Positions 13,560-25,046 of a DNA stretch of 64,000 nucleotides are shown here, piece after piece. A model generated the notes under the pieces. The model made no database searches, was not told the origin of the DNA, and worked only from the letters and a program-made list of their open reading frames with translations. Numbering within the stretch: the stretch's first letter is position 1; every line of letters starts with the position of its first letter. This DNA comes from Camelus ferus (Eukaryota): contig NC_045696.1 of assembly GCF_009834535.1 (NCBI RefSeq), positions 111,974,001-112,038,000 of the forward strand, given 5' to 3'. The translations under genes and the position numbers were made by a program.

Positions 13560-13995
13560 CTGCGTCTCTCTGTTCACTCTGTCCTCTTGTTACCTCTCTG
13601 ACTCCTCCTATTCCTGCTGCCCCGGCCTCTCTGCTGGTCCCTGACTACTCCAGGGCCTTGGTACCTGCAGGTTCTCGTGCCAGGGATGCTCTTCCCGTAG
13701 ACGTCCAGAGGGTGGGCTTCCTCCCTCCTGCTGGCTCTGCTTCCCAAACAGCAAACACTCCCCTCCAGTGCCTGTTCAAGGCTCACTTTTCCCCATGCCT
13801 CCCTTATTTTTCTCACTAGTATTTACCGCTGATGAACTCAGTATATATTTATACATGCATTACTGCCTGTTTCCTCCCACTAGAATGGCAGCTCGCTTAG
13901 GGCAGGGATTTCTGTCTGGATGCCCAGTGTCTAGATGTTGTGTGGTGCACAGCAGGCATCCAACCAAGGATTGTGGAATGAATAAAGGAATGAAT
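13560..13995 (+). mobile_element. LINE-2 3' fragment
   Basis: cactagaatg..gggcagggatt..gtgcacagcaggcatcc followed by an (aatg)n-like tail. Confidence 0.65.
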
Positions 13996-15541
13996 CCTGC
14001 TGAATCTGGATGAAATTCTTCCTTAGGTGCAACCTCACTACGAGGGCAAAGGTACCCCCTGAAAAGCCCTGTTTTGACTTCACAGGTGCACATTTGGGTT
14101 TAGCCCAAAATGAGCATCTAGTTTGGAAGAACTGAAGCTTCATCCTGGACCAGCTAAGACTCTCCAGAGAACTGCCTTCTATTTCACTGACCCCCAACAC
14201 GAAACCCCTTGTTTTGGTATTTTATGCTGATGTATTCAATGAATGTAGCTTAATTATTGAAGATTACCAGTAAATAATTGGAAGACCACATACATCTTTG
14301 GCCATTATATGTATCCCCAGTTCCTGTGGTAAAATGCTTTGTTACATGGATGAAAGATTGAATTTTAGTAGTTTAAAGGAGAAGGCAGACGGCTTCAAAA
14401 ATGCTAGCAAAAGGAAGATGGTGGCAGCAAAGGCAGGCAGCCTAATGTTCCATTCACATAATTTTGGAAAAGGCTTTGTAGACATTGCTTTAATGGCCTA
14501 AAAGTGAGGTGGAAAACATGGCCTGCAAGCCACAACCCCCTTCTTTCACACCCAAGATAGGCATCTCAAATTGATTATAGCTCGTTCTCTCATTGAACTG
14601 AACCTGACACAGCCTCAGAATCCTTCTCAACACAGCAATGCAAGCAGATCCCAGAAACCACTAGCTACCGACCAGCACTAGCATGGAAAATAAAACCTCT
14701 TTGCTAAACCTGAGCTTGATGATAAAAGTGTTAAATTATCCTCTGTTTTCTTTTCTTTTTCATTCCTTCCCTCCCTCCCTTCATTCCTTCCTTAGATGAT
14801 AATTTGACAAACATGAGCTAAGTCAGCCATGTAAACACTGGAGGAAAAACAGCCACCTTCCACCAAGTGCGTGGCAGAGTCCTTATCCAGTACCATGGCG
14901 CTGGCCAGAGAGGGGCTGGGAGTCTGTGGAGGAGAACTATTCTGTGACATCCTTGTTTGTTCCACTTACTCTCCTTGTGACCCTTACCAGATCTCGGCTA
15001 CTTTCCCTTGGGTGCGCCAAGAGTGGGCCAAATTAGACGAGTAGAAGATTTACAGAAGCGCCACTACCTTCACGCATCACAGCCGTAACAAGTCAGAATT
15101 AGGGCTCGAGTCTGGGGCCAAGGAAATGGAAAGTAATTTCTAAAAGTTCCAGGGTCTTGGCTGTATACAGTGAAATGTTCATGATTCCAAAGCTAAACTC
15201 TCCTCTGGGGACCGCACTGGATCACCTGTTCGCCTGTGAGGTCCAAACAGGATGTTTCCACAAGGTGATGTAAGAAGAGAGCTCTGGTCCAATGTCCCAC
15301 CAGACAGAGCTAGGTAGGCTCGCTCATCCACACACCACAGACATGCACCAGGCACTGTTCTAGGCACCAGGGAGGCAAGACTGAACCAAAAGATAGACTC
15401 CTATGTCTCTGTGCATGTTTACAGTTGAAGTAAGGGTCAGCTTGGAAGACAAAAAAAGTGTGATCAGGGAGACAAGAAGAGGAAAGTGAAGCTTTGCTGT
15501 CACCAGGGGAGGGAAGACATTGTCAAGAAAGGTGGTCATGA

Positions 15542-17237
15542 ATCATATGATCTATAGATTCATTGCAATCTATAGATTCATTGCAATCCCTATCAGATTA
15601 CCAATAGCAGTTTTCATAGAACTGGAATAAAAAATTTTTTAATTTGTATGGAAACACAAAAGACCCTGAATGGCCAAAGCAATCTTGAGAAAGAAGAACA
15701 GAGCTGGAGGAACCATGCTTCCTGACTTCAGACTGTATTACAAAGTTACAGTAATCAAAACAGTATGGTACTGGCACAAAAACAGACACACAGATCAATG
15801 GAACATGACAGAAATTCCAGAAATAAGCCCACACACTTATGGTCAATTAATCTACAACAAAGGAGGCAAGGATATACAGGGGAGAAAAGAGAGTCTCTTC
15901 AGTAAGTGGTGCTGGGAAGACTAGAGAGTTACACGTGAAAGAATGCAATTAGAACATTCTCTGAAACCATATACAAAAATAAACTCCGAATGGACTGAAG
16001 ACCTAAATGTAAGATCTAATACTATAAAACTCCTAAAGGAAAACATAGGCAGAACACTGTTTGACATAAATTGCAGGCAATATATTTCTTTGCATTCATC
16101 TCCTAGAGTAATGGAAATAAAATAAAAAATAAACAAATGGGACCTAATTAAACTTAAAAGCTTTTGAACAGCAAAGGAAACCATAAACAAAATGAAAAGA
16201 CAACTTACGGAATGAGAGAAAATCTTTGCAAATGATGCAACTGACAAGGGATTACTTTTCAAAATATGCAAACAGCTCATACAGCCCAGTAACAAAAAAA
16301 CAAACAGCCCAATCCAAAAATGGGCAGAAGACCTAAATAGACATTTCTCTAAAGAAGACATCCAGATGGACAGCAGGCACACAAAAAGACGCTCAACATT
16401 GTTAATTATTAGAGAAATGCAAATCAAAACTACAATGAGATATCACCTTACACCAGTCAGAATAGCCATCATCAAGTCTACAAATAATAAATGCTGGAGA
16501 GGGTGTAGAGAAAAAGGAATCTTCCTGCATTGTTGATGGGAATGTAAATTGGTGCAGCCACTATAGAGAACAGTATGGAGGTTCCTTTACAAACTAGAGT
16601 TGCCATGTGATCCAGCAATCCCATTCCTAGGCATATACCCAGAAAAAAATGAAAACTCTAGTTTGAAAAGACACATGCACCCCAATATTCATAGCAGCAC
16701 TATTTATAATAGCCAAGCCATGAAAGCAACCTGAATGTCCATTGACAGACGACTGGATAAAGAAGCTGTGGTATATTTATACAATGGAATACTCCTCAGC
16801 CATAAAAAGAATGAAATAATGCTATTTGTAGCAACATGAATGGACCTAGAGATGATCATACTAAGTAAAGTAAGTCAGATAAAGACAAATATCATATGAT
16901 ATCACTCATATGTGGAAGCTTAAAAAAGGATACAAATGAATTTATTTACAAAATAGAAACAGACTCACAGACATAGAAAACAAATTTATAGTTACCAAAG
17001 GAGAAAGGTGGCAGGGAGGGATAAATCAGGAGTTTGGGATTAACAGATACACACTACTACATATAAAATAGATAAACAACAAAGTCCTACTGTAGAGCAC
17101 AGGGAACTATATTCAGTATCTTATAATAACGTCTAATGGAAAAGAATCTGGAAAAGAATATATATAAAACTGAATAGCTTTGCTGTATTCCAGAAACTAA
17201 CACAATACTTTAAATCAATTATACTTCAATTAAAAAG
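15542..17237 (+). mobile_element. 5'-truncated LINE-1 (ORF2 C-terminal part plus 3'UTR), ~1.7 kb
   Basis: ORF2 peptide [38 protein letters not shown]. 17-bp TSD aagaa(a/t)ggtggtcatga at 15525-15541 and 17238-17254. Confidence 0.96.
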
Positions 17238-17334
17238 AAGAATGGTGGTCATGAGAGCCGACGGCAGCCAAGAGGCAAGGAGAGTGAGAAGGAATTCAGG
17301 ACCAGTGGGGGCGAGACCTATGGATTTATTAATA

Positions 17335-17565
17335 CAGGATGGGGTCAGTAAACTGATTTTTGTAAAGAACCAGACAGTAAATATTTCAGGCTTTGTGTGC
17401 CACCTGGCCTCTGTCCCAAGGACTCAACCCTGTGGTTGTATTGGGAAAGCAGCCGTAGGGAATCAGTATAAACAAGTGGCCACAGCAGCATCTCAATAAA
17501 ACTTTATTTGTAAATCCAGGTGACCTACTGGAGTTGGCCCATGGACTGTAGTTTGCTGACCTCTG
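17335..17565. mobile_element. MER58A-like hAT MITE
   Basis: Terminal inverted repeats ..ggggtcagtaaact / agtttgctgacctctg; internal gtaaatatttcaggctttgtg and caataaaactttattt. Confidence 0.8.
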
Positions 17566-19168
17566 AATCAGGTCATTAATAAATTTTGAAAAAAGTGTTT
17601 TTTTCTTCCCTCTGTAGGGTGGTTGGAATAGAGGCAGGAATGCAAGGAGTTAGGAAGTGAGTGGGTTGTGAGCAAGTCAGGCAGGAGGAGGAGGGTCCAC
17701 TAGGAACTGAACTCAAGCCAACATGCGAGGAGGGTGATTTCTTTCTTCTCTCTTTAATCTCTTCTGTTATTACTTTTCTTAATTACAGAAGTCATGCAGG
17801 CTTATTACGACATGTAAAACGATCATGTTAATGACCTCCCTCCCATTCCTCTTCCATCCCTGGCCGCCTGGGGCAGCCCAGATAAAATGCCTGGTATGGT
17901 CCTGGGACGCTGTGGCCATGCCGTCGGAGGCTGGGGTGCTGGCTAAACTCATCTGTGCATCTGAACATTATGGAAACAGATGTCACAAAGGCCACCGCAA
18001 AGAGACCTCTGTGATCAACAATTCTTAAAGGGAAGGGGATTAGGGAGGCAGCTGAAACCAATGAGGTGTCCCCTTGGGAACCTTGGTGGTTAAACTCAGA
18101 TTCTAGAGTCCGCAGGCACCCGGGACTTTGTTAACTGGCTAACCTTGCCCTGAGGGGTAGACCAGAGAGCTGGTGCCCAGACACTGAGGCTCCGGAGCAA
18201 ATAACCTGGGAGGATTAAAAGGCCTAAACCGCTTTCCTTCCACTGACCACGATTTCTTCTCAAAATAAAATTATAGGATTAAAATCCTGAAGCAGATCTT
18301 AACAAAATTCCACTGGTTGGCTGGCTGGCTGCTCAGTGGGATGGGGGTGAAAGAAGGACTCGATTAATGAGTAAATCAGTGGGCCGGTACAGAGACTAAC
18401 CTGTCGAGTGAAGGTGTTCCTATTAAAGACACTTAGCATTTTTATCTCTTACGAGACAGGGATGTGACCTGGCTGCAAAATAGGTGATGCAGTCTTAGAT
18501 GGCATTGCAATAAATACAGCGTGTGGGCTGAGGGAGATGATTATTTTCCTATACTCTGGACAGACCACCTCTGGGATGCCAGGGTCATTTTGGGGGGACT
18601 CACCCATTTTAGGATGGACCTTGACTCAAAAAAGGATGAAGAGTAAGGGTGAGGAGGATGGTAAGACTGAAGGTGGGGCACTGAGGCCATACCATACGAG
18701 GAACCACTGAAAACACCGGAGATACTGGCTCGGGGTGGGGAAGAAGGTTCAGAAGGGGTGCAGTGCCTGTGACCAAGTACTGGGACTTATCCTCAGGGAC
18801 TCAGGTGGGGGAAGTTCCAGGGCCAACAGGTAAGAAAGAGGTAGAGGTGAGCCTGACATGAAGAAGGGGTTTCTCACTGTCCCTGCTGCCCCCAAACAGA
18901 ATGCTAGCTGCCAGGATACATCCTCCCAGGGCGCCCAGGCTGCCCGCTGGGAGGTCAGCGCCGAGGGCTGCACAGACCCAGAGGGATGCCTTCAAACCTC
19001 GACCTTCCCTGGGAAAATACATGGAACTGGCCAGTCTATTGCGTTCTAAACGGTTTTATGAATTTGCAGAACTCAAATGTTATCAAAGGTTATCTGCTGA
19101 TAGATCATACGAGGTCAAGCGTACACAGAGATACCTCCTTTAAAAAAGTTGAGCGGGTGGGGAGGGGA

Positions 19169-19293
19169 GGGGAGGGTACAGCTCAGTGGCAGAGTGCATG
19201 CCTAGCAGGCATGAGGTCCTGGGTTCAACCCCCAGTACCTCTGTGAACATAAATAAATAAACCTAATTACCTTCTGCCCTCCCACCCCCAAAA
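19169..19293 (+). mobile_element. tRNA-derived SINE, camelid Vic-1 type
   Basis: ggggagggtacagctcagtggcagagtgcatgcctagcaggcatgaggtcctgggttcaacccccagtacctc contains Pol III A and B boxes, followed by a (taaa)n-containing tail. Confidence 0.85.
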
Positions 19294-19399
19294 GGAGCTT
19301 AGGCAACAGTATTTGCAGATGAGCTTGTTTCACTAGCCTGTGATTAGCAGAATGGTATCTTGGAAAACTGTTGGCTTCAGGTAAGAAGCCCTGGATGGA

Positions 19400-19534
19400 G
19401 ACAGCTCACATGTGACAGGCCAGCTGCTTTCACCTCTCCGAGCCTGGGTTTATTCACTGGTAAAAATGGGGCTTAAAACACAATCCCTATCTCCTTCGCA
19501 AAACTGGAGGCAGCATCAAATGAGAGGATGGATG
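19400..19534. mobile_element. MIR fragment interrupted by the 19535-19988 insertion
   Basis: ttcacctctccgagcctgggtttattcactggtaaaaatgggg..tcaaatgaga resembles the MIR core. Confidence 0.6.
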
Positions 19535-19988
19535 ACAGATGACTGGACAGAGAAGCTGTGGTGTATTTAGACCATGGAATACTACTCATCCATAAAAATA
19601 ATAAAATAATGCCATTTGCAGCAACATGGATGGACCTGGAGATCATCATTCTCAGTGAAATAAGCCAGAAAGAGAAAGAAAAATGCCTTATGATGTTGCT
19701 TATATGTGGAATCTAAAAAAAAGACACAAATGAACTTGTCTACAAAGCAGAAACAGACACATAGATATAGAGAACAAACTTATGGTTATTGGGGTTAAAG
19801 GGGGTGGGAAAGGAGAAATTGGGAATTTGAAAATTGCACCTCTTGGGGAGTGATGGAAATGGTAGCTATCTTGATTGTGGTGGTGGTTTCATTGGTGTAT
19901 ACATCTATCAAAATTCATCAAATTGTACATACGAAATATGCGTAGTTTACTGTACAGGATTCATACCACAATTAAGGTGTCAAAAAAA
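19535..19988 (+). mobile_element. Chimeric L1 retro-insertion (younger L1 ORF2 end/3'UTR fused to an ancient L1M-type 3' end, then poly-A)
   Basis: Perfect 17-bp TSD aaatgagaggatggatg at 19518-19534 and 19989-20005. A-run at 19982-19991; junction near 19838. Confidence 0.85.
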
Positions 19989-20014
19989 AAATGAGAGGAT
20001 GGATGCTGTGACAA

Positions 20015-20305
20015 CAGTTTTTCTCAAACTATCCATGGGGAAGGACCAGGATTTTTGTTTTATGTTTTTTTTGTTTCATCCATTTCTCATCCACGATAGA
20101 CAAATCCGTTTATAAAAACACGATAAAGATCACTAGAGAAATGATCTCTAGATAAATGAAATGCTGCCTGGATGTTACAGCAATATCAAGTTGCTACCAG
20201 TTTCTAAATGTCTGTTCCTCACGTCTGTACATACCTTCCTTTTCAGTCTGTTAACAGTTCACCACCGCTCTAGTCCCCAAACCATACTTTGAGTAACTCT
20301 ACTCT
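20015..20305. mobile_element. Probable hAT-Charlie type DNA transposon remnant
   Basis: TIR-like ends cagtttttctcaaact.. and ..atactttgagtaactct. Confidence 0.45.
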
Positions 20306-21370
20306 AAAATGTTGAAAAGTTGAAAATTATAAAACAGCATTATTGTAAGGTGAAAACGTAATAAAAAAAACACATTTATAAGACATTTAAAACCCTGATG
20401 GGAAGATAGCAGAACTCGAAATGGTGTTCAGCCACCAAAAAGATCCCTTCCTCTTCTGATAAACAGTTTGGGTTTAAATATATTTACTGGGTCAGATTAT
20501 GAGAGTAACAAGGAAATTCCACATCAAGAGATGGGTCCATCTCCCCTTCTGGCCAGTCACTCCCATTTTTCTGGACTTTGATGCAGTGGCCTCGGCCATC
20601 CCAATACTCAAAGTCTCTTCACAAAGAGGCTGAGTTGACTTAGAGTCTGACAAAACAGTTAAAAAGACAGACACTTGTTACTGGGAGCCACCATTTCTGT
20701 AAAAAGATGGGTTTTCAACGTTGATTTTAAATCTAAGTGATTACCTGGAGGCCCCTGGAAACTGCCGGGGAACATGCCCCAGACACGAGGGATTCTGCTT
20801 CTACAAAGCACTGAGGCAGCAGTTTGCACAGAGCTAACTCAATAAAATAACACTTTCTACTTGGATAAACTGACCTAGATTCTCGGACTTTCATGCAGAA
20901 ACATAATCAGCCGGCTGAGATCTCGGGAGCTGTCGTGAGAGCAAAGGGGAGGGAGATCGGGGTTGGGGGCGAGTCCTGCGTGAAGAATGGCAAGAGGCTT
21001 CATTCTGATTATGGTAAAAACTGTCAGCCCAGCTCGGTGAACTCAAGGGGTCTGCTCTAGGCTTTGGAGAAGGGCTTCGTCCGTCGCATGACATCAGCAC
21101 CCAAGTTTGGGCCGATGGTAGAGGTCCTTTTGATAAGAGAGCTCAGAAATGCACGCTCATCCAGACAGTCCCCTTAGTCACAAGCATTCATGATATGGCA
21201 GCAGAAGGTTAGGAGTTAAGAACGCTGCCACCAAACAGCTCGCAACAGCCTCAGTGTCTCCATCTGCAAGGGGGGAATGATAACACCTGCCGCGTAAAGG
21301 AATAGATTGTGGACATCGACTCGGTCAGCACACAGTCCTGGAAATGCAGACTGTAATCAATAACCCCTGA

Positions 21371-21428
21371 GTGCGCGCACACACACTCACACACACGCAC
21401 GCACACACACACTCTCACACACACACAT
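21371..21428. repeat. Interrupted (CA)n microsatellite
   Basis: Seen directly. Confidence 0.9.
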
Positions 21429-21624
21429 GAGTTCCAGCCCGCTCAGAGCCTGTTCACACACACGACCAGTCTTGAGCTGCAGGGGAAGGTGATCTCGGGG
21501 GACGAACTATGCACAGTTGAAATAATTTACAAGCACATACGCTCACATGACTCAATTAGCTTGGCGTGAGTTTAAAGCATTAAATGGCCCTTTCCAGATG
21601 CTTCTTGCTTTCAGCTGCTTTTGT

Positions 21625-22188
21625 GCTAACAAGCCTCTCCTGACCAGCCTCCCTCCTGTCCACTAGGCCAAAACACACTCAACTCCCTCTGCCCCAAAGG
21701 GTTTGGGGTCTCTTCCTGACTCGGCTCCAGGCCACCCCCTCCTACCTCCAACTGCAGGAGACCCCTCCCCGCAGCAAGCTGCAGAGGGCCCTGAGTCAGG
21801 GCCTCCATCCTGGGCTCCCCAGGGAGGCCTCTGACGAGTTTTTCTTGCAATACTGGGAACCGAGGCTCTTACTCCGTTTGTCTGAACTGGATCTGCCATC
21901 TTGTTTAGCAAACTGTGGGTTTATTTTCTTTCCCAACCCAAGATTTCACTGGAAAGCTCCCCAACTTTTTTTCCTAGGGCTTCTAAAGTTCTTGTTTCGT
22001 GGAAACGCTCAGCAGCTCATAAAACTCCCCACCATCACCTCACAAACCTCACCCCGAGGCCTCTCTCTACCAACGAGATAGTATTTCTTCCAGAAGTATC
22101 CAGCCCCACTTGTTCAGATCAGCAACCCTTCTGCATTTTATTTTTCACTGCAGTTTAACTTGTGTAGTGAAACCAGACTAAATTTCTC
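21625..22188. mobile_element. Possible ERV LTR remnant
   Basis: The minus strand begins tgagaaatttag.. and contains an aagatggc (YY1-like) motif; composition is LTR-like. Family and left boundary are uncertain. Confidence 0.35.
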
Positions 22189-24942
22189 ATATTCCCTAGA
22201 GCCCAGAGATTTAAAAAATCCATGATTGCTTTGAAATCATACATGTCACCTAGTTTTTTGCCCTCCACTTTGTGAGGGATGGTTTGACTTGGAACATTTT
22301 TCCGTCCTCTAAATGTCTCAATTCCAATTTGTCTTTTCCCGCTCTTGGGATTTGCTATAAGGCTGGCTGGAATGAACTGGTATTACCTAACTTCCATTTA
22401 AGCTCCCAGGTGGAAGACACTGGACTTGCTAAGCCATCCTGGGCAGTTACACTTAAAATTCCTTATTCCAGGGGGAACGTGGCATGCCGCTGTCATTAGC
22501 GCTAGACTGGAATTCTGTGGCCACAGCTGCGGGCCTGCTGTTTGTCCTTAACCAGCTGTGTGACTTTAGAAAGGCCACAACCACTCTTGGCCTTAGCTTC
22601 TTGTCCGTAAAATGAGATTAGATGGTTTTGTGTGTGTGTTCCCATCAACCCTAACACGTGGGTGAACCAGCAGGTAGGAAGAAAAGATAGTTTTGTGTGG
22701 TGGGGGTGAGGGTGGATGGGGACCCTGGGGTCACTGTCATCACCTTCAGTTGCCCCCTCCCTGGCTGACATTTACGGACGGCTTCCCCGGGGCCCCGCGC
22801 CTTCAAGCACTACTAGATATGACTCATTTCTTTTGCACGGAGCCTAGTGAGGGAGGAACTCTCACCATCTCTCCCACTTTAGAGACAAGGATGCTGAGGC
22901 ACGGAGAGCTTATCTGCCCAGGGTCACGGCCAGAAGCGCCAGCTCGGCCAGACCCCTCGGCAGCCCACGGTGGGGGCCTCTCTGACATCACCCCAGGGGC
23001 CCACAGCCACATCCACGTGGGGCCGTCTCACACACGTTTTTGGCACACATTCGGAATAGGGTCTAGGCCTCCGAGGGTCACAGCGGGGCCCTCCTGACGG
23101 AGGAGTCTTTGTGGGGCTTCACAGGGCACCCCCGACCCCACCCAGCGCAGAAGCAGGAACTTCTTCAAGTTTTCAGAGCCTGCCAGTTAACAGCGATCAC
23201 CTCTGAGGTGCCGACCCCAATGTCAGCACGTAAGGCCTCTCCCCATAAAACAAAACACAAACCTGAAACACGGTTACTGTGAACGCTCATACCATCTTCT
23301 TTGAAAAGAAATATGGCCTCTGAGAAGAAAAAGTCTGCATCCAAACAGGCTTGTTCAGCAAACAGTGCACCAGAGGGGCCCAGGAGAGCCACTGCTAGGG
23401 GCCCTGGCTGTGGGCTGAAGCCGCAGACGCTGAAGGGGAAGGTGCGGTGTTCCCGCAGGGTCTGTGCAGCAGGGTCTTTCTCTGCTTTTACTTAGTGTAT
23501 AAACACCAGTTTAAGAATCCTGAGTACTCCTCAGATTCAGAAAAGGTAACTGAAACCCCGTCATGAATAGTAAGAGTGCCATTAGTAATAACCACCATGT
23601 ACTGAGATGAGCACTTACTATGAACCAGGTTCCCGTCCAACCTTCTCTACCTCCAAGGTAGCTATTATTTTATTCTCATTTACAAATGTTCTGGGTTATT
23701 TTCTCAAGGTTTTACGGCCAGCAAATGGTGAAGCTGGGTTTCCAACTCACGTGGACCGAATCCTGCTTTCTGATGATAGCTTATGAAAGAATAAACTGAA
23801 CCCTTAATACTATAAGGAGTTAGAGCTGAGTTGAATAAAACATAATCTGGGCGTTTCTTCCAGTGACACATGGTGAAAGCGTTTCTTAAATTAGGATGCA
23901 TGCAAGACACGAGAGAGGACTAGACTTTGCTTCCATGGAGGAACCCGGAGAAGCCCTGGAAGGGCGCTGGCAGACTCAGCAGGGTAAGTGTCACTACCCA
24001 CAAGAGGAAACCAGGGCTTAATTAAAGAGCAGTTCAGAAGCGTTAAACTGTTAGGAAGTAAGGCATTTAATTTTGCCCAGGAGTTCATACTTCTTTAAAT
24101 CATGCTCTTAATTATATAACTCAATAACTTTTTAATCAGACAGTCCTTGCTTTTTTAACTCAAACTGTGTAATTGTTTTCGGCATTCACTCAGCACCGTC
24201 TACCAGAACCCTGTGGGGCACTTTTTGCTCCTTCTGTCAGATCACTTTATGATTCCTGCCAATGACTGAGCAGAATCAAACCGAAAAAGTAGAAACCTCG
24301 ACATATAATTTGCAAAGCAAGTACTTGCTTTCTTTGCTCACATATAAAATGCAATCTCTCCTCCCGCTCACCCAATAAAACATATCCAATCACTATCCTC
24401 CATTCCCTGTGCTGGTACTACCCATGGGAAAACAAAAGCACAAGATGTAAAATAGTAAACTAGTCTGTCCTCTTGTGAAATAGCAAACCACGAGCCAGAC
24501 AGCTCACCAGGCATGAAGTTCAGCCCATTGTCTTAATGTTTCAGATTTCCTGTAGTACTATTATAATCTTTCTGTTTTTTCCTGATACCAATATATTTAT
24601 TTTATCTGTAGGATTTCTTACTCAAGGTTAGTAAGGCAACTATCTATCCAGAACTCGATACATTTTGTTGTGTTGTGGTATAGAGCATATTATATTTACA
24701 TAAACACAGTAACGATCCCCCCATAAAATCACATTATAATGGTGCTCAATATATTTATAAAAATAGATACAGCTTTTTGTTAGTGTATATTGACATGGCC
24801 TTTACAATGAATGCATTAGATCTGAAAGTGGAGGTAGCCTCTGTAGCATTTTTAGCAAGTGTTATGCTTTCAAAAAGAATCTCTTAATTCCTCAATCACT
24901 TTCAAATCATTAGCTGCACGGAAGGGAACTCTAGCTGTGTAG

Positions 24943-24976
24943 CCCGCCACCTGGTGTCAGCATGCTAGAATTGCAA
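24943..24976 (-). promoter_or_regulatory. Candidate CTCF site with core and upstream motif
   Basis: Minus strand reads TTGCAATTCT-agcatg-CTGACACCAGGTGGCGG: a near-consensus core plus the TGCAG-type upstream motif at the canonical spacing. Confidence 0.6.
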
Positions 24977-25029
24977 GCAAAGGACTCAGGCGGGTTCAGC
25001 GCGAGACCTGGAGAGGCTAGCCTTTAAAG

Positions 25030-25046
25030 TGAACTTTAAATGTCCT
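25030..25046 (-). promoter_or_regulatory. DR5-like nuclear receptor element (candidate RARE)
   Basis: Minus strand reads AGGACA-tttaa-AGTTCA, one mismatch to RGKTCA-n5-RGKTCA. Confidence 0.35.

Noticed and set aside
15921..16427. 168-aa hydrophobic ORF
   Set aside because: Antisense frame of L1 ORF2, a common artefact.
19169..19242. Possible tRNA gene
   Set aside because: Lacks a properly paired acceptor stem and carries a SINE tail; it is a tRNA-derived SINE.
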